Source of the DNA: an uncultured Streptomycetaceae bacterium
GTDB lineage: Bacteria; Pseudomonadota; Gammaproteobacteria; Burkholderiales; SG8-41
Direction of reading: 5' to 3'
Assembly (NCBI GenBank): GCA_964521405.1
Contig: CAZFRR010000176.1
Location: forward strand, 16,285-80,284
Length of the DNA: 64,000 bases
The notes beneath the pieces were generated by a model, which was not told where the DNA came from, did not search any database, and worked only from the letters and a program-made list of their open reading frames with translations. Positions 36,951 through 45,054 of the stretch are shown here, piece after piece. Position 1 is the first letter of the stretch. The number at the start of each line of letters is the position of its first letter. The translations under genes were made by a program, and so were the position numbers.

Positions 36951-38318
36951 GTGATAACGCGCTTCCTAGGCAAGATGTTTTCCGGCCGCCTGTTCGGGCC
37001 GGTGCAGCCTAAGATCATCCCGGCGGACGTGCACGGCATCAACCGCAACGCGATCAGTCCCTGCGCGCTGCGCACGACGCAGGCGCTCCAGCGCGAGGGC
37101 CACGCCGCGTTCGTGGTCGGCGGCGCGGTGAGAGACCTGATCCTCGGCGGCAAGCCCAAGGATTTCGATATCGCGACCGACGCCACGCCGGAGCAGGTGC
37201 GGCAGATTTTCCGCCGCTCGCGGATCATCGGGCGCAGGTTCCGCCTGGTGCACGTGCTGTGCGGGCCGGAGATGGTGGAGGTGTCCACCTTCCGCGGCGC
37301 CCATACGCCGGACGAGAGCGACGGGGGCGTCGCTGACGAGCACGGCCGGATACTCCGCGACAACGTATTCGGGAACCAGGAGCAGGATGCCACCCGCCGC
37401 GATTTCACCCTCAACGCGCTGTTCTACGACCCGACCACGCAGGAAGTCTGGGACTATCACGGCGGCGTGGCCGACCTGAAAAAGCGGCGGTTGCGCTTGA
37501 TCGGCGACCCGGAGCGGCGCTATCGGGAAGACCCGATCCGCATGCTGCGCGCGGTGCGGTTCGCGTCGAGCCGCGGGATCGAGATCGACGCGGCGACCCG
37601 CCGGCCGATACACAGGCTCGCCGGGCTGCTTGCTCACGTGCCGCCGTCGCGGCTGCTCGACGAGATGCTGAAGCTGCTGCTTTGCGGCCACGCCGCGGAA
37701 GCCGTGGCGCAATTGCGCAAGGAAGGCCTGCACCACGGCGTACTGCCATTGCTCGATGTGGCCATAGGCAGGGCGGCCGGCGAGCGGTTCGTGATGGCCG
37801 CGCTTGCCAGCACCGACGAACGCGTCCGCGCCGGCAAGACGGTGATGCCGGGCTTTCTGTTCGCGTCGCTGCTGTGGCCCGAGGTCCAGGCCGAGTGGAA
37901 GGTGCTGGAAGAGAAGAACATGCCGCCGGTCCCGGCGCTGTACCAGGCGATGGACCACGTGATGAAGGCCCAGGCGGGGAAGCTGCCGATTCCGCACCGC
38001 TACGGCGCCGACATGAGGGAGATCTGGGCGATGCAGCCGCGGTTTCTCCAGCGGGCCGGCAAGCGCCCGTACCGGCTACTCGAACATCCGCGCTTTCGCG
38101 CCAGTTACGATTTCCTGCTGCTGCGCTGCGAGAGCGGCGACGCCGATCGCCTGCTCGGCGAGTGGTGGGGGCGATTCCAGCGAGCCGGTGAAGACGAGCG
38201 CGGCCAGATGCTGGTGAGCGACAGCGAGCCGCGTGGCCGCCGGCGGCGCCGGCGGCGCAAACCGCGCGGGCCGGGGGGCGGGCCGGACCATGGCGGGGAA
38301 ACAAGCCCCGCGAGCTGA
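36951..38318 (+). CDS. pcnB: poly(A) polymerase I
   Basis: VVGGAVRDLILGGKPKDFDIATDATPEQVRQIFRRSRIIGRRFRLVHV. Arg-rich C-terminus. Start uncertain: GTG 36951 or ATG 36975. Confidence 0.9.
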   Translation: MITRFLGKMFSGRLFGPVQPKIIPADVHGINRNAISPCALRTTQALQREGHAAFVVGGAVRDLILGGKPKDFDIATDATPEQVRQIFRRSRIIGRRFRLVHVLCGPEMVEVSTFRGAHTPDESDGGVADEHGRILRDNVFGNQEQDATRRDFTLNALFYDPTTQEVWDYHGGVADLKKRRLRLIGDPERRYREDPIRMLRAVRFASSRGIEIDAATRRPIHRLAGLLAHVPPSRLLDEMLKLLLCGHAAEAVAQLRKEGLHHGVLPLLDVAIGRAAGERFVMAALASTDERVRAGKTVMPGFLFASLLWPEVQAEWKVLEEKNMPPVPALYQAMDHVMKAQAGKLPIPHRYGADMREIWAMQPRFLQRAGKRPYRLLEHPRFRASYDFLLLRCESGDADRLLGEWWGRFQRAGEDERGQMLVSDSEPRGRRRRRRRKPRGPGGGPDHGGETSPAS

Positions 38319-38385
38319 AGGCTGAAGGCAGAAGGCAAAAGGAAGGTTGTGGCACCAGTCACGAGTCACGAGTCGCGAGTCACGG
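38314..38385. repeat. two unrelated heptamer arrays side by side (GCWGAAG x4-5, then GTCACGA x4)
   Basis: gctgaag gctgaag gcagaag gcaaaag gaaggtt (38314-38348, containing the pcnB TGA). gtcacga gtcacga gtcgcga gtcacgg (38358-38385, inside the first folK codons). The two arrays are not complementary to each other. Confidence 0.8.
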
Positions 38386-38882
38386 CCTTCATTGCCCTGG
38401 GATCGAATCTTGGCGGTTCGGCAGTGCAGATACGCTCGGCGCTGCGCGCGCTGGAAAAGCTGCCGGACACACGCCTCGTGCGCGAGTCTTCTTTCTACCG
38501 CAACCCGCCGGAGGGCGGGCTCGACCAGCCGGCGTTCGTGAACGCGGTGGCGGAAATCGAGACACGCCTTGCCCCGCGCGCGCTGCTCGACCGGCTGCTC
38601 GAGATCGAGCGCGCCCACGGCCGGGTGCGGGACTATCCCAACGCGCCGCGCACGCTCGATCTGGATATCGCCCTCTACGGGGATAGCGTGATCCAGGAGC
38701 CCGGGCTCACGGTCCCTCATCCGCGGATGAGGGAGCGTGCTTTCGTGCTGGTGCCGCTCGCAGAAATCGCGCCCGATGCCGTGGTGCCGGGCAAGGGGCG
38801 CGTCGCCGATCTTGCCGGCAGGCTCGACGCCTCCGGCCTGGTTAAGCTTGAAAATCAGGAAACCGCAGATAAACGCAGATAG
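38349..38882 (+). CDS. folK: 2-amino-4-hydroxy-6-hydroxymethyldihydropteridine diphosphokinase
   Basis: FIALGSNLG, RTLDLDIALYGD and LTVPHPRMRERAFVLVPLAEI. GTG start. Both ends of the ORF are repeat-encoded. Confidence 0.85.
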   Translation: MAPVTSHESRVTAFIALGSNLGGSAVQIRSALRALEKLPDTRLVRESSFYRNPPEGGLDQPAFVNAVAEIETRLAPRALLDRLLEIERAHGRVRDYPNAPRTLDLDIALYGDSVIQEPGLTVPHPRMRERAFVLVPLAEIAPDAVVPGKGRVADLAGRLDASGLVKLENQETADKRR

Positions 38883-39003
38883 ACGCTGATCAAAAAACCA
38901 GAATGGCCTTTTATTTTCTATTTTTCTCTGTGAACACGATATTCTCTGTGTCAATGGTTTTCGGGTTGGAACCTATCCGCGTTTATCTGCGTTTATCTGC
39001 GGC
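38858..39003. repeat. inverted repeat with 10-nt-unit arms (CGCAGATARA) and AACCGC / GCGG termini
   Basis: ggaaaccgcagataaacgcagatagacgctgatc pairs with atccgcgtttatctgcgtttatctgcgg. The left arm supplies the last 7 codons and the TAG of folK. The spacer carries a TTCTCTGTG x2 motif like the arms at 39819-39847. Confidence 0.85.
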
Positions 39004-39021
39004 TAATTCATAAATCTTGGC

Positions 39022-39672
39022 ATGAGTGCGAAGCTGCCGGAGAAGTACCGCTACATCGTGATCGAGGGCCCGATCGGCGCGGGCAAGACCAGCCTCGCCC
39101 GCCTGCTGAGCCGGCACTCGGGCGGGGAGGCGCTGCTGGAGGATCCGGACGCGAACCCGTTTCTCCCCGGCTTCTACCAGGACCGCGCGCGCTACGCGCT
39201 GCCGACGCAGCTCTATTTCCTGTTCCAGCGCGCGACGCAATTGCGCGCGCTGTCCCAGCCGGACTTGTTTGCCGGCAACACCATTGCCGACTTCATGATC
39301 GAGAAGGATTCTCTGTTCGCGCGGCTCACGCTCTCCGACGACGAGTACGCGCTTTACCGCCAGGTCTACGCGCAGTTGAAGCCGCAGGCGCCCGCGCCGG
39401 ATCTCGTCGTCTATCTGCAGGCCTCGCCCGAGACGCTGATCGAACGCGTGCGCCGCCGCGGTGTTGCTTACGAGCGCGCCATTCCCGACGAGTATCTGGT
39501 GCGGCTCGCGGAAATCTATGCGCGGTTCTTCTACCAGTACGACGCGGCGCCGGTGCTGACCGTCAATTCCGATAATCTAAATTTTGTTGATCAGCCTGGT
39601 GATTTTGATTTATTGTTGACCCGTATAGCGGGCCTGCGCGGCCCGCGTGAGTTTTTCAGTATGGGCAGTTAA
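39022..39672 (+). CDS. deoxynucleoside kinase family protein
   Basis: P-loop IVIEGPIGAGKTSLARLL and an ERVRRRG-type LID motif. Confidence 0.8.
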   Translation: MSAKLPEKYRYIVIEGPIGAGKTSLARLLSRHSGGEALLEDPDANPFLPGFYQDRARYALPTQLYFLFQRATQLRALSQPDLFAGNTIADFMIEKDSLFARLTLSDDEYALYRQVYAQLKPQAPAPDLVVYLQASPETLIERVRRRGVAYERAIPDEYLVRLAEIYARFFYQYDAAPVLTVNSDNLNFVDQPGDFDLLLTRIAGLRGPREFFSMGS

Positions 39673-39674
39673 AT

Positions 39675-39847
39675 CAGCCACAGAGAACACAGAGGTCACA
39701 GAGAAGGAGTTCATGAACCGTCAGGGCGCGGGCGTGACAGCATCATGGTATATCCTTATGGATTGAGGCGCGGGCATTTGCTCGTCCTGGGCTGTTTCGT
39801 TTTTTTCTGTAAATGTTTTTCTCCGTGATCTCTGTGTTCTCTGTGGC
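39675..39847. repeat. inverted repeat with 9-nt-unit arms (CACAGAGRN)
   Basis: cagccacagagaacacagaggtcacagagaagg pairs with ttctccgtgatctctgtgttctctgtggc, with a spacer of about 110 nt. Confidence 0.85.
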
Positions 39848-39861
39848 AAAAGGGTATTGAC

Positions 39862-40653
39862 ATGCGCATCACGCTCACCACGCTGCAGAAAATGGCGCAG
39901 GAAGGCTCTAGAATCGCGATGCTGACCTGCTACGACGCGAGCTTCGCCGCCGTGCTCGAGGAGGCCGGCGTGGATTCGCTGCTGGTCGGGGATTCGCTCG
40001 GCAACGTGCTGCAGGGGCACGAGTCCACGCTGCCGGTGACACTGCGCGACATGGTCTATCACACCCAGTGCGTCGCGCGCGGTTCCAAGCGCGCCTTCAT
40101 CGTCGGCGATATGTCGTTCGGCAGCTTCCAGGTGTCGCCGGAGGAGACTTTGCGCAACGCCGCGGAGTTGATGGCCGCCGGCGCCCACATGGTGAAGATC
40201 GAGGGCGGCCGGCCGATGCTCGAAACCATCGAGTTTCTCACCGACCGCGGCATCCCGGTGTGCGGGCACTTGGGATTGACGCCGCAGTCGGTGCACGCGC
40301 TTGGCGGCTACCGGGTGCAGGGCAGGGGCGAGGATGCCGGGCAGCAGTTGTTGAGGGAGGCGAAGCAGCTCGAGCAGGCCGGCGCCGGCATGATCGTGCT
40401 GGAAGCGATACCCGCTACTCTGGCGCGTGAAGTCACCGCGGCCATCACGGTACCCACCATCGGCATTGGCGCCGGCGTGGATTGCTCGGGGCAGGTGCTG
40501 GTGCTGCACGACATGCTTGACGTCTATCCCGGCAAGAAAGCCAAGTTCGTGAAGAACTACATGCGCCCGACCGGCTCGATCCAGGGTGCGGTCGAGCTCT
40601 ACGTCAAGGAAGTGAAGGCCAGGACCTTCCCGGGACCGGAGCACAGCTTCTAG
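39862..40653 (+). CDS. panB: 3-methyl-2-oxobutanoate hydroxymethyltransferase
   Basis: [24 protein letters not shown] and VKIEGG motifs. Confidence 0.95.
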   Translation: MRITLTTLQKMAQEGSRIAMLTCYDASFAAVLEEAGVDSLLVGDSLGNVLQGHESTLPVTLRDMVYHTQCVARGSKRAFIVGDMSFGSFQVSPEETLRNAAELMAAGAHMVKIEGGRPMLETIEFLTDRGIPVCGHLGLTPQSVHALGGYRVQGRGEDAGQQLLREAKQLEQAGAGMIVLEAIPATLAREVTAAITVPTIGIGAGVDCSGQVLVLHDMLDVYPGKKAKFVKNYMRPTGSIQGAVELYVKEVKARTFPGPEHSF

Positions 40654-40668
40654 TAAGCTGTGCTCCGG
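40636..40668. repeat. perfect 14-bp hairpin with the panB stop codon in its loop
   Basis: CCGGAGCACAGCTT-ctagt-AAGCTGTGCTCCGG. The 5' arm is the last panB codons (PEHSF). The 3' arm is their inverted copy. Confidence 0.9.
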
Positions 40669-40809
40669 GTTCCAAGTTCCGGGTTCCAGGTTCCGAGTTT
40701 AAAGTTCAACAGCGGCACCCTCAAATTAGAGTCCGTTCCAATCTTGCTTGAACCTTGAACCTTGAACCTTGAACCTTGAACCTTGAACCTTGAACCTTGA
40801 ACCTTGAAC
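40669..40809. repeat. inverted heptamer arrays (GTTCCNN x6 / CTTGAAC x9 perfect)
   Basis: Left arm 40669-40710. Right arm 40747-40809, nine exact CTTGAAC units. Located between panB and panC. Confidence 0.9.
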
Positions 40810-40826
40810 GTGGAATAACCTCGACC

Positions 40827-41663
40827 ATGGATGTGATTCACTCCGCCGCCGATCTTCGGGCGCGCCTGCAGCGCGAGCCGAACAACGTGTTCGTGCCGAC
40901 CATGGGGAACCTGCACGAAGGGCACATCCAGTTGATCGACATCGCCAAGCCGCGCGCGGCCTGCACCGTCGTGAGCATTTTCGTGAACCGCCTGCAGTTC
41001 GGCCCGCGCGAGGACTTCGACCGTTATCCCCGCACGCTGGAAAACGATGGCGCGCGGCTGAAGGCGGCGGGCGTGGACGTCGTGTTCGCGCCTGACGAGA
41101 AGGAGATCTACCCCGAGCCGCAGACCTTCGTGGTCGAACCCTCGGACCTGCAGTACATCCTGGAAGGCGCGCACCGGCCGGGGCACTTCCGCGGCGTCGC
41201 CACGGTGGTGCTGAAGCTCTTCAACCTGGTGATGCCGCACTCGGCGATCTTCGGCAAGAAGGACTACCAGCAATATCTCGTGCTGCGTGACATGGTGAAG
41301 CAGTTCGCGCTGCCCATCGAGATCATCCCCGCCGAGACCGTTCGCGCCCCGGACGGCCTGGCGTTGTCCTCGCGCAATAACTATCTGTCGCCGGCAGAGC
41401 GCAAGGAAGCGCCGCGGCTGTATGGCGTGCTGAAGAAAGTCCGGGACGAACTGGGGAGCGGGGCGCGCGATTTCCAGCGCCTCGACCAGAAGGCGATGAC
41501 CGAACTCGCGCGCAACGGCTGGCAGCCGGATTACGTCACCGTGCGCCGGCAGGCCGACCTGCGGCAGCCCACCGAGCGTGACCACGATCTCGTCATCGTG
41601 GCCGCCGCGCGGCTGGGCCGCACGCGGTTGATTGACAACGTCGAAGTGAATCTGCAGCGTTAG
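40827..41663 (+). CDS. panC: pantoate--beta-alanine ligase
   Basis: VPTMGNLHEGHIQLI, FVNRLQFGPREDFDRYPRT and FGKKDYQQ. Confidence 0.95.
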   Translation: MDVIHSAADLRARLQREPNNVFVPTMGNLHEGHIQLIDIAKPRAACTVVSIFVNRLQFGPREDFDRYPRTLENDGARLKAAGVDVVFAPDEKEIYPEPQTFVVEPSDLQYILEGAHRPGHFRGVATVVLKLFNLVMPHSAIFGKKDYQQYLVLRDMVKQFALPIEIIPAETVRAPDGLALSSRNNYLSPAERKEAPRLYGVLKKVRDELGSGARDFQRLDQKAMTELARNGWQPDYVTVRRQADLRQPTERDHDLVIVAAARLGRTRLIDNVEVNLQR

Positions 41664-41675
41664 CTGCAGATTCAC
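41646..41675. repeat. perfect 13-bp hairpin straddling the panC stop codon
   Basis: GTGAATCTGCAGC-gtta-GCTGCAGATTCAC. The 5' arm is the last panC codons (VNLQR). Confidence 0.9.
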
Positions 41676-41676
41676 T

Positions 41677-41876
41677 GTTCCGAGTTCCGAGTTCCGAGTT
41701 CCGAGTTCCGAGTTCCGAGTTCCGAGTTCCGAGTTCCGAGTTCCGAGTTCCGAGTTCCGGGTTCCAGGTTCAAAGTTCCAAGTGCGGAACTTCGAATTCC
41801 ACGTACGTCCAACCTTGAACCTTGAACCTTGAACCTTGAACCTTGAACTTGGAACCCGGAACCCGGAACCCGGAAC
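41677..41876. repeat. largest inverted heptamer array pair (GTTCCGA x11 perfect plus 4 variants / CTTGAAC-CCGGAAC-type x~9)
   Basis: Eleven exact GTTCCGA units at 41677-41753, then gttccgg, gttccag, gttcaaa, gttccaa. Centre 41782-41808. Right arm 41809-41876. The element abuts tRNA-Leu. Confidence 0.95.
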
Positions 41877-41884
41877 GGTAATGC

Positions 41885-41971
41885 TGGTGCCGGGAGCGAG
41901 AGTCGAACTCGCACGCCTTTGGGGGCGCGGGATTTTGAGTCCCGTGCGTCTACCAATTCCGCCATCCCGGC
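41885..41971 (-). tRNA. tRNA-Leu (anticodon CAA)
   Basis: Reverse complement: GCCGGGATGGCGGAATTGGTAGACGCACGGGACTCAAAATCCCGCGCCCCCAAAGGCGTGCGAGTTCGACTCTCGCTCCCGGCACCA. 7-bp acceptor stem, anticodon loop CT-CAA-AA, long variable arm, T-loop GTTCGACTC, encoded CCA. Confidence 0.9.
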
Positions 41972-42087
41972 AGGAGTGGGGGCAAATTATCCCGCATTCC
42001 TGTATCGAGAACAATGAATTGAAGCGTCGCTGCGCGCCGTCCTCTCGCTTCACGAATCTCGATGCACGCTTCTCCTATAATCGGGCG

Positions 42088-43119
42088 ATGCGTCTCGATG
42101 ACTTTGATTACGAGCTGCCGGAGGAACTGATCGCCCAGTTTCCCGCCGGCGTGCGCGGCGCGGATCGCCTGCTGCACCTCGATGGCGGGACTGGGGCGAT
42201 CGCCGACCTCCGGTTCGGCGATCTCGCCGGGCTCGTTGCGCCGGGCGATGTCGTCGTATTGAACGACACGCGCGTGATCAAGGCGCGGCTCCTGGGCAGG
42301 AAGCAAAGCGGCGGCCGGGTCGAAGTGATGGTCGAACGCGTGCTCGGGGCCAATGAAGTGCTGGCGCAAATCGGCGCCAACCATCCCACGCGCACCGGCA
42401 CCACGCTCTATCTGGCCGATGCGCTCGAAGCGACGGTGCTCGCGCGCGAGCGCGAGTTTTTCCGGCTGCGCTTCGAGGGGTGCGAGGATGTACACGCGCT
42501 GCTCGAGCGCCACGGCAGCGTGCCGCTGCCCCTGTACATCGCGCGCGGCGCCGCGGACAGCGACAGGGAGCGCTACCAGACGGTCTACGCGCGTGAGCGC
42601 GGCGCGGTCGCCGCGCCGACCGCGGGCCTGCATTTCGACCAGGCGATGCTGGACGCGCTGCAGGGCAAGGGCGTGGCGCTTGCCTACGTTACGCTGCATG
42701 TCGGCGCCGGCACGTTCCAGCCGGTGCGCGTGCAGGACCTCGCTCAGCACGAAATGCACGGCGAGTGGTATCACGTGCCGCAGGCTACGGTGGATGCGAT
42801 CAACCAGACGCGGGAGAGAGGCGGGCGCGTGCTGGCGGTGGGGACGACAACGCTGCGCGCGCTGGAAAGCGCGGCGGCCGGCGGGGCGCTGGAGGCCGGG
42901 CGTGACGAAACGCGGCTCTTCGTCCTCCCCGGCTATCGCTTCCGCGTGGTCGAGCGCCTCATCACCAACTTCCACCTGCCCCGGTCGACGCTGCTGATGC
43001 TGGTGTCGGCCTTTGGCGGCAGGGATAATGTCCGCCGCGCCTACCGGCACGCGATCGGCGAGCGCTATCGCTTCTACAGTTACGGCGACGCGATGCTGAT
43101 TGAACGTGCAGAAAATTAA
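42088..43119 (+). CDS. queA: S-adenosylmethionine:tRNA ribosyltransferase-isomerase
   Basis: MRLDDFDYELPEELIAQFP, AAPTAGLHF and VGTTTLRALES. Confidence 0.95.
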   Translation: MRLDDFDYELPEELIAQFPAGVRGADRLLHLDGGTGAIADLRFGDLAGLVAPGDVVVLNDTRVIKARLLGRKQSGGRVEVMVERVLGANEVLAQIGANHPTRTGTTLYLADALEATVLAREREFFRLRFEGCEDVHALLERHGSVPLPLYIARGAADSDRERYQTVYARERGAVAAPTAGLHFDQAMLDALQGKGVALAYVTLHVGAGTFQPVRVQDLAQHEMHGEWYHVPQATVDAINQTRERGGRVLAVGTTTLRALESAAAGGALEAGRDETRLFVLPGYRFRVVERLITNFHLPRSTLLMLVSAFGGRDNVRRAYRHAIGERYRFYSYGDAMLIERAEN

Positions 43120-43266
43120 CCGCCAAGACGCCGAGAAAGACAAACACAGCATTTCAACCGCCGAGGCGCCGAGAGAAACGGAGACAAGGTATTTCTTTTT
43201 GTTTTGGTTTTCTCTATCTCGGCGTCTCGGCGGTTAATTATTGCATTTGCCTTTCTTGGCGGTTGA
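43116..43266. repeat. nested pair of inverted repeats (outer TTAACCGCCAAGACGCC.../...CTTGGCGGTTGA; inner TCAACCGCCGAGGCGCCGAGAG.../...CTCGGCGTCTCGGCGGTTAA)
   Basis: Outer arms 43116-43141 and 43250-43266. Inner arms 43154-43189 and 43208-43237. The queA TAA lies in the outer left arm. Confidence 0.85.
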
Positions 43267-43271
43267 CTTGA

Positions 43272-44402
<1,131 letters not shown>

Positions 44403-44414
44403 AAACGAAACTGC

Positions 44415-44532
44415 AATAGACAGGATTAACAGGATTAACAAGATTAGCAAGATTCAATCAAAGCCCTCCAAAGGCATTTCTGTTTTCGATCTAATCTTGT
44501 CAATCCTGTGAATCTTGTAAATCCTGTCTATT
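44415..44532. repeat. AT-richer inverted repeat with 9-nt-unit arms (CARGATTAR)
   Basis: aatagacaggattaacaggattaacaagattagcaagattcaatc pairs with gatctaatcttgtcaatcctgtgaatcttgtaaatcctgtctatt. Confidence 0.85.
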
Positions 44533-44615
44533 ACTTATCTTATTGATGTTGAGGCGAAAGCAGGACAAATCGTGTTAATATTCAACGTTTTTCCTGACTT
44601 CGGAGACGAGAAAGT

Positions 44616-44954
44616 ATGTCCGCTATGTTGATCAACCCAGCCTGGGCCCAGGCCCCCGGTGGCGGCGTGGCCGGCGGCGGCTACGAGAGCATGATCTTGA
44701 TCGTGCTGATGTTCGGGGTGCTTTACTTCCTGATGATCCGGCCGCAGATGAAGCGCGCGAAGGAGCACAAGACGCTGATCGACGCCCTGCAAAAGGGCGA
44801 CGAAGTGGTTGCCTTGGGCGGTGTCCTCGGCCGTATCAGCAAAATCAACGAAAACTACGTGTCGCTTGAGATCGCCAACGGCGTCGAGATCCAGGTGCAG
44901 CGCCCGTCGGTGCAGTTGGTGCTGCCGAAGGGCACCATCAAGAACATCCAGTGA
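44616..44954 (+). CDS. yajC: preprotein translocase subunit YajC
   Basis: LIVLMFGVLYFLMIRPQMKRAKEHK is the YajC signature. Confidence 0.9.
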   Translation: MSAMLINPAWAQAPGGGVAGGGYESMILIVLMFGVLYFLMIRPQMKRAKEHKTLIDALQKGDEVVALGGVLGRISKINENYVSLEIANGVEIQVQRPSVQLVLPKGTIKNIQ

Positions 44955-45048
44955 CTCGTCAATCGTAAATCGTAAATCGTGAATCGGTAGAGTTGATGGC
45001 AGGCAGCGCAGGTTTTTCGATTAACGATTCACCATTTACGATTCACGA
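44954..45048. repeat. inverted heptamer arrays (AATCGTR x4 / CGATTMA-type x4)
   Basis: aatcgta aatcgta aatcgtg aatcggt pairs with cgattaa cgattca ccattta cgattca, in the yajC-secD gap. Confidence 0.85.
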
Positions 45049-45054
45049 CCCTCG

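Noticed and set aside
41677-41753. Eleven exact GTTCCGA units as an assembly or sequencing artefact.
   Set aside because: The array is embedded between unique sequence: a panC-derived hairpin on one side, and a complementary arm plus tRNA on the other. About 40 other loci show the same design with different units. Exact copy numbers could still be collapsed or expanded in a short-read assembly.
40650-42053. 467-aa minus-strand ORF, plus 41672-41965, 22565-22927 and 22615-23214.
   Set aside because: They read through heptamer arrays (peptides such as GTRNSELGTRNSELGT or LEPGTWNLEPGT), through the tRNA-Leu gene, or antisense to panC. They are artefacts of repeats lacking stop codons.
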